A stretch of DNA of 64,000 bases. Origin: Geosiphon pyriformis uo1. Taxonomy: Eukaryota; Fungi; Glomeromycota. The position numbers and the translations under genes were made by a program. Under the pieces are notes generated by a model, which had not been told where the DNA came from, ran no database searches, and was given only the letters and a program-made list of their open reading frames with translations. Below are positions 14,821-28,314 of this stretch, in pieces (within the stretch, counting starts at the first letter, position 1; each line of letters starts with the position of its first letter). Location: NCBI GenBank assembly GCA_016748015.1, contig JAAOMT010000630.1:263254-327253 (forward strand), in the 5' to 3' direction.

Positions 14821-15605
14821 TCAGAATTGTTACAGGACAAAACATTGAATCAATTATGAGGTGAAATCTTTTGATTTTACTACCCATCCTTGATAGAAAT
14901 TGGGATTTTTTGAGTAAAAAGTGGTTCCATGCTTAAGCCATTGGGACAGTAACATTGGGAACTGTAATAGAATAGTGTGTATTAGTAGCACAGAGTTGAA
15001 CATATTGTACTTGTACATAATATAATAACATAGTATTTATCCAAAAAATGATTTTTGATTTTTTTTTTTTTATATTTTTTTGTTTAAAAGCATTCTCAAT
15101 TTTTTTCTTGTTCTGGAATCAAGAAAAATCTCTTTATACCAATATTAAAAAACGCAAAAAAAAAACGCAATACTTTAGTGAAAAAGTGTGATTGGTTCAG
15201 AATGATCTTTGATTTATTGAACATAAAAAAAGGGTTTTAATTGGTGGTTTATTGTATTCTATTTTCTTTTAAACGCTAACTTTAATTCAACTCAAAAGGT
15301 ACAATAGGCACCAAAAGTAACGCCCCATTTTTTATATCGTTACATATGCCTACTGTGCAAACTTTATTATTAGATGTACTAGACCAAAAGCACAGCGAGA
15401 ACTGCATATTTACTAATATATTCTCAATAATTTGAAATATGAAATTATAGAAAACGCTGTTTGTCAATAAGAGATATATTAATTTTAGCATAAAAATTGT
15501 CAGGTGCCCAACGAAATTATAAATAGCAGATCCTTATAAATTAATTAGTGTGACACAACATTTACGTGTTTATACAAGCCTCTTCTGACTCAAAAGTTAA
15601 AAAAT

Positions 15606-16337
15606 CATAATTTCGATTTCTTTTCATCTTTAGAATCAACTCGAAGAATGCCTTCTTGGGAAACAGAAGCAATCAAACGTCCATCCTGTGTATAAATCCG
15701 ACCAAAAGCTAAACCACGACCAGATGAAGCTCGCGTTGTTTCCATTTCGTAAAGTAGCCTATGTTTCACTCAAAAAATTTAATATTTGTGAAAATTATAA
15801 AGTAAACCTTCTATAGACTTGCCATTCATCAGCCCTGAATTTTGAATCATGATACCAAATTGAAGAGCATAATGAGGCCATCATTCCAAGGCGCGGTTTA
15901 GAAATGGGAGATAATCCGTGTGGCTTTGCAGCGGTAAGTAGTATGCTAAGAGAATAAGAAAAGAACGAAACCCTCAAAATCAGTATTTGCTCAAAATATT
16001 TTAGATTTCAATAAACTTATGCCTACTGGTAATCAGTGGCATATGCAAGAACAGTTTTGTGAAGAGATAAATCATCGCGTAAGCTTTCTTTCGCTTTAAT
16101 CCACATTAACTAATGTAAAAATTTTCGATTAAATTCACCAATAAAATAATAATAAACTAAAAAAGTAAAAATAATCAAACCTGCTTTGTACTTTTCTTCG
16201 GATACAAAACATCCTCCACGCTCATTAAACTTATATGACGAATTTCAAAAGGTGAATCCTTTCGATATATGTATATATAAAATGATAATTTAATAAGAAT
16301 TTAAAATCTGCCTTCAGTCATTATTCATTCTGATTTA

Positions 16338-16373
<36 letters not shown>

Positions 16374-17111
16374 ACCTCTAATTCCAATACTTTTTCAATA
16401 TATTTGGAATACCATTTCGGAACATCCGGATGTTTAACCAACCCTTTCATTAATTCTTGTTGACTGTCATTGAATCATGGTTGGTAGAAAATGATGGATT
16501 ATGTTTATGATCTTTTCGCGAATAATAACCAGAATCTTAAATAATCAAGAAAAGTAAATTTTATTTTACTATAGTTACGAAATAAATGAATCTGGCCCAC
16601 GACATTCTGGCATCGGTTGCTGATGTTCTACGCCAGTTGATTCAGGAATTGCAAAACTACAAGTCAACGTAAAAATGCAGCGTCCTTTCTGTTTTGCTAA
16701 TACAGTGCGAGTGCAATAACTTTTTCCTGAAAGAACAAAAATATTCTGCTAAATCAATTTGTAAAAAAAAAAGTTCGTGATAATTCACCAACCATCTCTT
16801 ATTCTTTGAACTTCATATTGAATTGGAATTTTATTATCCCCAGGTAAAATAAAGTAAGAATGTAAGGACTATAAAATTTTCAAAAGATTGTTTTTAATAA
16901 TGAAACATTAGAATTTTCCAATCTTTATTCTTACATGAACACTTTTTTCACGAGGAACTGTTGCAATAGCGGCAACGAGTGCCTGCCCAACAACCTGCCC
17001 ACCAAAAACACCTCTCGCGCCAATCGGAATCCATAAATGTCTGCTTCTGTAATAATTTATATCAATTTCTTCTAATTCTAAGGCACTTTCAAGAAGATTC
17101 TGATATTCCAT
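15606..17111 (-). CDS. TES1: Peroxisomal acyl-CoA thioesterase II (TesB/ACOT8 family), multi-exon
   Basis: Motifs GARGVFGGQVVGQALVAA, SLHSYFILPGD, RDGGKSYCTRTVLAKQKG, FRADEWLLYEME and GRGLAFGRIYTQDGRLIASVSQEG. C-terminus DEKKSKL* is a PTS1 signal. Confidence 0.92.
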
Positions 17112-17353
17112 GTTATATTAATTAGATATTTTTTGTGATGGAAATCTAGAGCTTTGTTTCTTGTCAACATATCAGCTGATTGGTAGGGCAAAAATTACCC
17201 AATTCATTGAAAATCTCGGACTAGGTCCCAGAACATCCGAAGGGTTTTCTTTAAATTTTGTCATATACTCGAAATATTCAACGTGAAGGAATAGCGTTCT
17301 TTTTTTTAGAAATATGTTAAAATATTAATTAACAAGTCCTATTTGTCAAATTT

Positions 17354-18585
17354 CTAAACCATGCTATCAAATGCCCCAAGTTTCAATCTCAAATTAGGTC
17401 TCTTCTCTAACGAGTGCAGCAATCCTTCTACTGTAACATTAAAATGTGCGAATACATCAAAGTTTAAAAACTCATGAAACGGGTTCACAATTTCTAATAC
17501 TAGTAGGCAAGGGAGTTTTTCTACAATTTTGGCGACCGACTCATTGTCAATAAGTGGAGATTTATGGGAAACGTGTAGGGCAAGATGCTCCAGGGTGGGA
17601 CAGGTCTCAAGAAGACGCAACAAACCTAATGAGGAAAACCGCATGTTATATACTCCCAAATTATTACCATCATCCAGATGGCGCCCATTATCATCCATGT
17701 CAAAATAGAGATGAGATTCAACGTAGATGAAAGATTTCAGCTCAGGTAGTGTATATTTGCGAGAATGGAGTTTGCTTGGAATGCTTGTCAAAAATGGTCC
17801 GTCATCCAAATCACAATTTTTTAGTAATAGATGTTCTAAAGACTGGGATGATTTTCCCTCCAATATGGCAAGTATGATTTCTCCCGTAACTTGTCGACAC
17901 CAGATAGTCAGGCTCACCAAGTGGCAACTTTGAAGAATATGCAAGATTCCATTACCGTTAAAATATCGAGATTCCTTATAAAAAGATGATTTTCAGCAAA
18001 ATTGAATTTAGAGTCAAAAAACTAAAGATACATAAAAATACAGACCAGAACCAGTTTTTTAAGTTGAGGACAGTACATGCCAATTGAAGTTGACAATGCA
18101 TCGTTTAAGAAAGGTGATGACCCATGTAAAGAAATCTCCTCAAGGTTTGCTCCAATTTTTTGGAAGAAATCATACCATTGACCAGATATTTGACACTCTC
18201 TAAAATCCAAATCTAATGTAAAGGAGGTTAACTTCCATGGGCCATCAATGAATGCTAATCTCTTTAACAAAATCGCGTTTTGCTTTGACCGCTGTTCATC
18301 AGGGGCTCTTAATGTTTTAGATTTTATCTTTATAATCCTAATAAAATCAATATATTCCACAGTCTTTACAGGGGAGTTCAATGCCGAGCAGAAAGACTCG
18401 ACTTTAAAAAAGCTGTCAAGCTGAACATCACGCCAAAGGAGCGGGACTATGTTTCGGAAGAATTGCCAACTAACAATAAGCCAAGGTTGAAGTTTTGTGG
18501 AAACGTCATCGTGAAGCAGTTCAAAGATTGAGTACCAAACCTCGTCAGGAAATGAGGGTTTAGTTATACTCGTTGAAACTTGCAT
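17354..18585 (-). CDS. F-box/LRR (RNI-like) protein, 2 exons
   Basis: N-terminal FPDEVWYSIFELL...VSWQFFRNIVPLLW F-box-like motif, followed by LRR-like repeats (CPQLKKLVL, CPTLEHLAL). Confidence 0.75.
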
Positions 18586-18727
18586 TGTACAAACTCTTGT
18601 ATTTGTGAAAATCTAGGAATCAAATAATTTTTGACGATAATAAAAGTCAAATAATTCTGCCACTGCATAATTTACATATTTGAACTTATAGATACCAAAT
18701 TTTAAATCCCCTAACGCTGTTTTCAAT

Positions 18728-20232
18728 ATGTTACATATAGAAGATGACCTTCAAACTAGTCTAATAAAAGAACTTGAAACTCAGGTCTTTTAATATACTT
18801 TAATTTTATTCTCTTCTCTTTTTTGAACCAATTATTTGTCAACTGTAGGAAAGAGAGTTGCAATGGTTGTTGAATTCTCAATTGCCAAACGCTATTTTGG
18901 AATTAAAGAGAGGCTTAAGGGTTAATATATTTTTTCAAATAAGTTTTGCCTTGAGTATTTAGAGGTCTCTCATAAACTTGAAGCCTGCCGTGTTGGTTCT
19001 TGTGATAGAAATGTGAAGCTTTAATTAACTCGCAAGAACACGGTAAACAATTTTTAAATATTCAATTTTGTATAATTCTGAAACGCCCCATTAATGAAAC
19101 AGATCGAATTCAGAATTTATCGGAACTACCACTTTGGCGGTTTCTTCAAACAAGTATTTTTTCAAAATTTTGATTTAATTCACAAGAGATCACACTAAAA
19201 CTTTAGAATTCTTTCATATAGTAATGATACGCTTAAAGGGTTTGTCACTCTGAATAGGAGCGCGATTCTAAAAGGGGTTGTTAAAGAAATTTATTGAAAC
19301 TTCGAATTTCTGATCTTCAGAATATTAATTAATATTTTTAATTAGGAATTACAATTAAAATTGCCAAATTATAATCGTGGCAATTTACTTAAAGTACAAA
19401 TAAATGCACTAAAGCCATATTTTGTTGAACAGGTAAACTCGGAATTTTCAACCTTGAAAACTTTTGTCGCAATTATCTAAGACTATATATTCATTGAAGT
19501 TAGTAGATGCACAAAATTATTTTACAATGGCGTTGGATGCTCTCGACTCTCTTAATGAGCCTTATTCTAAGCAGAGTATTACAGAGGTGGCAACAAAATG
19601 TGATCCAAGCTAAGCATTTATACAACCCGAAAAGTATTAAAATCCCAGTTCAACTTCAGATTCTAGAGAGCGCCCTCAAATATATTACTAACAGTCGAAA
19701 CGTGTTGAGCAGTGCTAACGAAGACCGGAATTTCCCTTATAAAATATGTGATCCTCAGGTATTTATTTAATGCCTTATAAACTTTACCTAGATAAAATAT
19801 TATGTATTGACTCATCTGTTTCAACCCTAAATAGATGTTCAATCCCCCACTAGCTGATGATTTTATAATCGAGTTTTTTGTTGAAGGTGCAGAGATCGTT
19901 ACTTCGGTTTATGCTCTTCAATATCAAATACCGGCCACACCCACACCGAAGTTGGTTCAGCTTGGGGGTATTTTAAGTTCAAAACAACCGGCAAAAGTTT
20001 GGTATCCTTTTGTGACAAGACGAATATTAATGATCAGGTTATCGTGTTGGAATAATATTTATTTCCTTAGTTTTTCAAAATGTGTCACAGTAAATATAAA
20101 GATAAGCAGGCAATTATTCTGGATCAGATCTCTGTGAGATCCTTAGATCCGAGACTTGAAGAGATTGTGGAAGGATTGCGAAAGACAGAGAGAGAATGTT
20201 TGGCATGGAGAGCTAAATTGTCTCTATTTTGA
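18728..20232 (+). CDS. RAV2: RAVE complex subunit 2 / Rogdi-like protein (multi-exon)
   Basis: Spliced translation MLHIEDDLQTSLIKELETQ-ERELQWLLNSQLPNAILELKRGL...TTLAVSSN-NDTLKGFVTLN...PYFVEQ-LVDAQNY...MFNPPLADDFIIEFFV...DQISVRSLDPRL matches Rav2/Rogdi family motifs. Confidence 0.78.
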
Positions 20233-20347
20233 AAATTCTTTATAAAGCACAAAGATTAGGTATTTCTATTCGCTGGTAGGGAGTATATATAAACAGTTTT
20301 AAATTTATATGTTTCTATATAATAATTTACAATGTAAAGAGGATTGT

Positions 20348-21459
20348 TCATTTAGAGCCATCATTTTTATAATTGGATTTTGAAAATTTAGAATAATTGC
20401 TATTTAAAGCCACGAATATTTCTGAAGATTGCAGAGCCCCATTTCTTTTTAGAAGAATAATTGTAAAGAATTAAAAACCGAATATTTACGTGGTTAAAAA
20501 TCTGTGAAAGAAATCATTTCACTCACGATATAAGTACTTGCTCCACAGTGTCTGGATCGAAATCCGCCTCTCCAATTTGCTCAGTTATTTTTACCAAGTT
20601 AGCTATCAGTGTGCCATTTTTGTAAACTAGAATAGCGGGTAATCCCACGGGATCGAACTCTAATTCTCGAGCCAAAATACGCAGAAATTTCACCTGGACG
20701 TATTTTCGAGCAAGAAGTGCCAGACACTCGTTCATACGTCGGCACTGTGGAATGAACTTTTCGGGAAATTGATATATGATTTCAGATTAGAAAGACAGTT
20801 CTCCCGCCGTCTAGTGTTTTTCATTTTTCAAAAAATATATGGGAACTCACATTTTCATATAAATGCAAGACAATTGCCACATTATTGGCTTCGTTGTCAA
20901 TTGCTTTGACATACTGATTGGCGGAAATCTCTTTGAGACTTCCGAATCGAGGATTATCACCTTTTGAAAATTCACCAACATTAATTTCTTTTAATCTTTT
21001 CTCCCTGTACTTTCTCAGAGCTTCTTTTTCTTCTTCGTCAGAACTGAGATTTTCAAATTCTTCAAGTAGCGCTTCATCACTGTTTTTTTTTAGTTCATCT
21101 TCACGATAACTCGTAGTGGTAAAAGCTTTAGACTGCATATGTTGATTGTGTGAAGCGATTGAAGCAACTTGACGTTCTCGGATCATTTGCTGATGGAAAG
21201 CGTGATCAGCCAATACACCTTTCGGACCAGTTTGGTGACCGCCATGTTGTGGTGGAGCCTGAAATGTCAAACTATCTCCGATAGTCTGTTTAGAAGCACT
21301 CATGAATAAATCTAAAGTGCTCTTGCCCTTTTAAAACACTATTCTTACTTGGTTTTCCTCTTCTCCTTCAGATATATCTGACCCTTCTGGTGTTCTTTGA
21401 GGCTCTCCTACTGCATCATCTATAGAAGTTCGAAGTAAACTCTCGACCAAGGCATCCAT
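20348..21459 (-). CDS. Phosducin-like protein (PhLP1 subgroup, G-beta-gamma chaperone)
   Basis: Contains the TGPKGV G-beta-binding motif and a thioredoxin-like C-terminal domain (VLHLYEN...LARKYVQVKFLRI...LPAILVYKNGTLIANLV). Starts MDALVES at 21459. Confidence 0.88.
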
Positions 21460-21609
21460 AGTTTTAAACAATCTAAAAATAAGATATCAATTATATCTGG
21501 TCTTATCAGATTTAAAGAAGGATCTGAATTATCACATGATGTAAATAACCGGAATTGAGACGGAACCCAAGTAGATAAACTTCACTGTTGGTTTTTAGTT
21601 CCTAGCAAA

Positions 21610-24600
21610 ATGGGCGTACGGCGACCTTCTAATGGACACGTCTCACCACTTGTCAATGGTTCGATGTCTTCGAACGGGCCTGTACCTTCTTCCTCCTCGG
21701 CGTCCCCTCCTATAAATGGCTATCAAATACCAAACGGTCATTTCCCAAATTATGAACCAGAACGACACTCTTATTCATCCTCAGATTCGAGTGAGCATTC
21801 GCCTACTGGTTATTTTTCAAGAGGCTTCGATGTAATTACGTACAAAACAGATGATTTTTATGTGCGCGAAGCGTCCTCCTCGTCGAAGGGTCGTCCCTTA
21901 CCAACACCTATATCAACTAATGTTGGAACACCTCCAAGTCCTGCTAGCGCGCTGACTCGTAGAGATCATATACCGGCTCATACCCATGAACGATCTAGGT
22001 CTACCTCTATGGATGAGGAGTTTGATTACGACTCATGGACTCTTGACAAAGTATTAAAGTGGCTGGAGGACAACTCTTTCGGCGAATTTCGGCAGACTTT
22101 TCTTGGTATACTGAATATTGTATGATAGATTTTTGTTACTTTTTTTTTTAGAAATCTAACTATGATTTGCAATAAACGATTAACTACTTTAAACAGAAAA
22201 AGGCATATGCGGAAGGGAGTTTATTGGATTGAGTAGCTTTAAAAAGATGAAAGAACTACAAAAGAGTACCAGTGAACGAAATCGACTAATAAATGCTATA
22301 CGAAAAATCGGGGAAAAGCCTAAACGGGGCTCAATTTCAGATAGAGTAAACTTTGCAAAGATTTAATGATTTTGCCGAAAATTTCCCCAATTCTCATCAC
22401 TTTTTTTCAATCACCCATAGGGTATTCCAAACCTATCTTGTAGCCCACCTGCTGAATATTTGCCTAGCCCTTCTTCGGCTAATTCTTCTTTAATTGGGCA
22501 AACATCACCTACAACACCTATTAACTCCATTCCTTCTCCCACTGGAAAAGTCCCCGAAATAAATCCAAGAATCTCTTCCATAAATTGGAAATCAAACGCA
22601 AATAATACATCACATAGCCGCAAAACTGATGACACAGTGGCAAGCCCTCGGTCTCCCATTAGTAAAGAAGTTGACAACGTGAGAAAGCCTCCCAAAAAGT
22701 CTCACAGTTATCCTGTAAATACTTTTTCCTTCCCTGTTTATATGTTGAGGAATAACCATAATATATTTAATATTTATTTTCTTAGTCTGTTGTTAAACTT
22801 TTGGAGGGAGATGAAGAGAATAACAAAAATATGGAGGAATCTCCTAGAGTTGAAATTTTGGCCACGTGCGACCATTCAGTGTTTCGAGTGATAGATGTAA
22901 CTGGTATTGGAGATCCTTTCGAAATCAAAAAAAAAATTTTTGATCAATTAAACATTGATGGAGAGAGAGAAAAGTATGCTTTGTATTTGACCGGGACGAA
23001 CAAAAAGGAAATTGGTTTGTTCATCAGATTGGTTGTGAACCTGGGATTTTTAATCCACAAAAATAATAAATTTTTCTTTTGAACCAGGCCCATTGATTGA
23101 TGATGAAGAGTTGATTAAAAAGTGCAAATCAGTAGATGATCGGGATACTATAAAGTTTTTTATCGAGAGGGTTCAATCACAGAAAATGTCTTACACTTCT
23201 ATTGTTGATACATCGCCCAATAAAATACAACATTCCACGAATAAAGAAAATAAACCATTTTCACACTCTGTGCCTGAACTTGGCAGAACCTCATTTAACC
23301 AACAAGCCCATGATCAACGTAATACAAGCCTTCAATCCAATCTGCCTTTCCCTGGTGGGTTTGATCCAGCCCTAAGAACCCAAGTTGCTATATTAAGCGG
23401 AATACCTGGAGAGAACACTCCTGTACATGAAGAACCAAAGGACTGGAGAAATATAACATTTCCAATTCCACAACATTATGAGCACTCACAAAAAATTTCA
23501 ACAAACACTCCGCCAAAATCATCAGGAAATGGAAATCGAGGACTTGTGTCTATGAAACATTTACAAGATCGTAAATCTCAAGAACCCTTTCATCAGCCAT
23601 ATACATTAAATAAAGGTGATCGAAGAAACCCAGGAGATGGAAAGGCAAACTACCCTAATGCAGTCCCAGAATATCAACATACTCAGCCAAAACCTCCTCG
23701 TTCACATCCACATAGCTTACAACCTGGTAGACCTAATAGTGGTCACCAGCATTCTTCACAATCACACAATCTTAAACAGAGTATGAATCATAGTAAATCC
23801 ACACCTTTTTTCGTTCAGTCCACATCGTTAGAAAGTCACAAACAATATTCTATATCAAAAGACAATCAACTTACTGAATTTAAGACTGGAGCGGTAAATG
23901 CTTTGGGTAAAAAACAAATTTCGCATTTTTGTAAGTGTTCTAAATAATGAAAATTACTAAAATTACTTTTTCAAATGGAGGTTCAGTTGATGATGACAAT
24001 AATGATCGTGATAATGATGGTGATGATGATGATGATGATGATGACGATGATGGTGATGATGATGATGATGATGAAAAAGAAGCCTCATTGGAAGAACCAA
24101 ATCTATGGGAGAAAATAACAATACCTGACGTAAAAGATGCACAAGAAGAAGAATCTGATGATGATCTCTTTAAGGTTCCCCCTAAACCTACTAAGGCCTT
24201 AGTAGAACAAAAGTCTGGAGAAGAGTCGGAGATTTTGTCGACAAAAGCTTCTAATGGTTTCACTTTATTCCCAATTATTAAAGATAAAAATCGTGAAATA
24301 CGTAGTATCATGTTGAAAACCACCCTTAATAGCAAATCAGTAAACCCACCAAAGAAAATTGGTTTCGTTGAACCCGCAGAAAACCCTCAGCCTAATGAGC
24401 TGGAAATTCTTACTGCTCCTCAAGAAAACCCTCAGCCTAACGAACCGGAAGTTTTTACTGCTTCTCAAGAACTCAAGAATCTAGAAGATTTAAAAACACA
24501 AGTTGATGGAGGTGTAGAAGGCCCTTTTCAATCAAACTCTATCTCAGACTCTCCAGATCAACCACGCAATCCCAAATTAGCGCGCTCTGTCTCGCGGCGT

Positions 24601-26147
24601 CGTGGAGTCATAGAATCCTGGGTGGTAAGGCCATCGGCAGAAGATGTCCTTGAAAATTTGGCTGAATATTTCCCAGGTCATGACGTTGACAAAGAAATCT
24701 TGGAAGCACATGGGACTATAGTTAATCCCCCAAGTTCATCGACCGGCAACCGGAAATTAAATCGAGGAAAATCTATTCGCCTTGCAGCTGAACAACTTGT
24801 TGAACGTGAACGGGGAAATAAAATGGTCACTGCAGCTAAAGCTATTCAAGCTACTTATAAATTACGGAGGAAACCCACTAAAATAGGGGCGAATCGTACT
24901 AAACAAATTCGACCTGAACACTCTTTACACATTACCCAAAATTCTCAAGGGAGTTATGAAGGAAATTCTGGAGAGGCTGTTAGTAAATTTAATCAAGAAA
25001 AAGAAGGTGACATTTTTTCATTGAGTCCTAAAAAAAACTAAATTTTATTTTCCTATTTTCACTTATACTTTTGCATTAAAGTAGCCAAGATAGCATGGGT
25101 GAAAGGTGAACTCCTTGGTAAAGGTACTTTCGGAAAAGTTTATCTTGGCATAAACATGTCGACTTCAGAAATGATCGCGGTGAAGCAGATAGAGCTTCCA
25201 AAGACAAGATCTGATTTATTCAGTGACAGACAAGAAAAACTGGTTAAATCCTTTTACGATGAAAGGCACCTACTTGAGGAACTTGAACATGAGCACATAG
25301 TTCAATATTTGGGCTATGAAAGGACTGTGGATGTTCTCAATATTTTTCTTGAATATGTCACAGGTGGCTCAATTGGAACATGCCTTCGAATTAATGGCAA
25401 ATTTAAAGAATCTGTCGTGAGATCTTTTACGCGACAGATTCTTCTCGGATTGGAATATTTGCATGAAAAATTTATCGTACATCGGGACATAAAAGCTGAC
25501 AATATACTTGTCAGTGAAGAGGGATGCTGCAAAATTTCAGACTTTGGGATATCAAAGAAAAATGAACAAGCACTGGCATATGTTAATATGTCAAATATGT
25601 CTTTTCAAGGTACCATTTTCTGGATGGCACCCGAGGTATTTACAAATACTGAGGGATATAGCGCAAAAGTTGATATATGGAGCCTGGGATGTGTCGTAAT
25701 CGAAATGTTTACCGGTAATCGACCTTGGGCTGATTTCCACGAACTGGCAGCTATGTATAAATTGGGGAGTGAAAAAAAAGCGCCTCCAATACCTAATGAG
25801 TCGCAGATATCACCTGAAGCCAAGGATTTTCTCGAAAATTGCTTTATTATGTAGGTGGTTTTTCTCCGTCTGTTTATATACTTATAGAATTGCTTTTAAC
25901 ATAAACAATATTCATTTCATATCATTTTAATTTTTAGAGATCCTGAGCAAAGACCAACAGCAAAGCAGCTATTAAACCATAAATTTGCTGAGGAAGACCC
26001 GAATTTTCACCTAGAGGTAAATAGATTCAACGACAACGACCTTTCTATCTTGATAATATCTCACCATATATTCTTCCCCTTTAGAAATATATTAAAGTGC
26101 CCCAAATAGTCCCATCAAAGTCTACACAGAACGAATCACCTTCCTAA
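21610..26147 (+). CDS. BCK1: MAP kinase kinase kinase, Bck1/Mkh1 type, with N-terminal SAM domain
   Basis: SAM-like WTLDKVLKWLEDNSFGEFRQTFL...RNRLINAIRKI and the Bck1-type motif WVVRPSAEDVLENLAEYFPGHDVDKEI. STE11-family kinase domain: WVKGELLGKGTFGKVYLG, HRDIKADNIL, DFG, GTIFWMAPE. Confidence 0.88.
24379..24468 (+). repeat. 45-bp in-frame tandem duplication within the MAPKKK
   Basis: GAAAACCCTCAGCCTAA... occurs twice, encoding ENPQPNELEILTAPQ and ENPQPNEPEVFTASQ. Confidence 0.85.
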
Positions 26148-27136
26148 ATTTTTCCTATGGATCTTTTCTTGGTCTTTTGATAGAAAATTCCGTTTCAAAG
26201 TATTGGCATTTTCATTTCCTTAGGGTTTTCAATTGTAAAGTCTTGTCTATTTTGTAGACAACTCAGACTTCAATTATAATTTATATGTACATATTTCGTT
26301 TCCTTCTTGTATACGTTTTTTGTTCCAATCGTATTCACGATGCTAAAAATATTACACCTATTTTTATCATAATAGTTTTTTCAATAAAACCACGAGATCT
26401 TGATTTTTTTTTAAAGCTGTCTAGCCGAGGTTTTATTAAATTTTGGGTTAGTTATCCTTACAACACAATTTCAAAAGCGAATCGCTCTTATTTCCCTCTC
26501 CACCTAATCGCGTCACACTTATTTACTCATGGAATTAATAGCTTTGGTTTTGATAACCGTTTTTTTAAACGCATTCCTCTGGTTGACGATTTATACTTGA
26601 ATGCCTGGCTTTCTTTAAAAAAAACGAGCTCCCTCATCAACAAGTGTAATTATTACTCCAGCATAGTCCATATTAAGGGATTCTTTTGTTTTCATGAGCT
26701 GTACCATCGTTGAAATTAGTGTGGATTGAAGACAATGAGGCTTGCATTATGCCAATCTTGATGTTTAATTCATTTTCCATCACGACAAATATCCTGGACT
26801 ATGATCAAAAATGCCTGAATTATTGTATTTTAATAGAATTATTATATAGAAATGGGTTTATTAATATTATAGAAACACAGGCACTCAGCAAAAATCGAAA
26901 TTTGATTTCTCAAATTGAAGGAATTAGAATTTTAAACCGTTGATTGAAACCCTATTAATCGAGCTCTGACTTTGACGATTTAAAACCTGATCTGTTTTAA
27001 AATTTTATCACATTGCTTTTCATTCGTAGCTCTGTGATTACGATTAATATTCTTATGCTTATTGCCTAAGAAAAAAGATCCTGCTTCTTTTCGTTTTAAT
27101 ATTATAATCTGATATATAAGGGAAGACTTCCGGTTG

Positions 27137-28314
27137 CTACTTGGATTGAACATTTCCTAGCGTAGATGCAACTTTTGTTGCCTCTTGTATAGTTCTTGCT
27201 AACGTGGATCTAATTTTTCCATCTTCCATTGTAAGCAATCCTGCGATGGTACATCCCGCTGGGGTTGTCACGCTATCTTTGATTTCGGCAGGATGCTTTC
27301 CAGTTTGCAGAACCATACGAGCAGCTCCTTGTAGGGCTGTAAAGGCAAAACACGTAAGAGGAATAAAATAAAAATTTTCGAATTCTAACAAATACCTTGG
27401 GCTGCTAGTTCTAGAGCAACATCGCGTGGAAGCCCCATCATGACCCCCCCATCAGCGAGAGCTTCTAATACAACACTGAAAGATATTTGGCGGTGATAAA
27501 ATAATCATGTGTTCACAATCAAGGCCGAATTGAATCGAAAGAGTGAACTAACCAAGCGAAAGCTGGTCCACTCCCTGATAGGCCAGTGACTGCATCCAAA
27601 TGTTTCTCATCTAAAAATCGTGATCTACCTAAGGCAGAGAAAACCCAAGATGCAAACGCCTTTTCCTCGGTGCCAATGCTAGTCTGACAACTCAAAACTG
27701 TCATACCTTCACGGACCTGGTGAAATATTATATAAGCAGGGTCACAAATATGCTTAAATGTATCAAGAGACAATCACATACCCTGCAACAAGTATTGGGC
27801 ATGGCCCGTATGATTTTGGTGGATCCAGGTAACCATTCTTTAAGCTGTTCTATTTGAACACCTGCCAAGATGCTAATAAGCAATTTGTTCTCCAAAGCTT
27901 TGAACATTCCATCTTCAGTCAAAATATTCTTAGCAGTTTGAGGCTTCGAGCTGTTTCGACGCATTATTGATAAGAAATCTTAGCGTACATATAAAGTAAA
28001 AAACAATTGAAGCTGAATTATTTCTTAAAAAAACCGCAGCTACGATGAACCAACCATAATAAGATGACCGTTGCTTGGGCTGCACCCTCAACATTCTTTC
28101 CGGTAAAGATTTTGAGACGAGCGTCATCAAAAACCCGGGCAAGTCGTTGGGCAGATTCTTCTTGCGAAACGCAAGCAATAAATTCGCGTGGGGCGAATGA
28201 AGTTTCGGAATTTGAGGACTCGTAGTCTCTAATACTGTCTATAATGCCTGACAGTATAGCAACGCCCATAGTACCACACCCAAGAACACATACAGTTGGA
28301 TTGTTCAAACTCAT
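27137..28314 (-). CDS. PRO3: Pyrroline-5-carboxylate reductase
   Basis: Motifs LGCGTMGVAILSG, SILAGV, IIRAMPNT, DAVTGLSGSGPAF, EALADGGVMMGLPR and HPAEIKDSVTTPAGCTIAGL. Confidence 0.95.

Noticed and set aside
21331-21333. In-frame TAA between the phosducin start and ORF 20821-21303, suggesting readthrough or a micro-intron
   Set aside because: An ordinary phase-0 intron (GTAAGA...AAACAG, 63 nt, or to TTTCAG, 90 nt) removes it in frame.
26285-26943. Two + strand ORFs between BCK1 and PRO3
   Set aside because: No recognisable motifs and Phe/Ile-rich AT-biased composition. Possibly a decayed insert, but unsupported.
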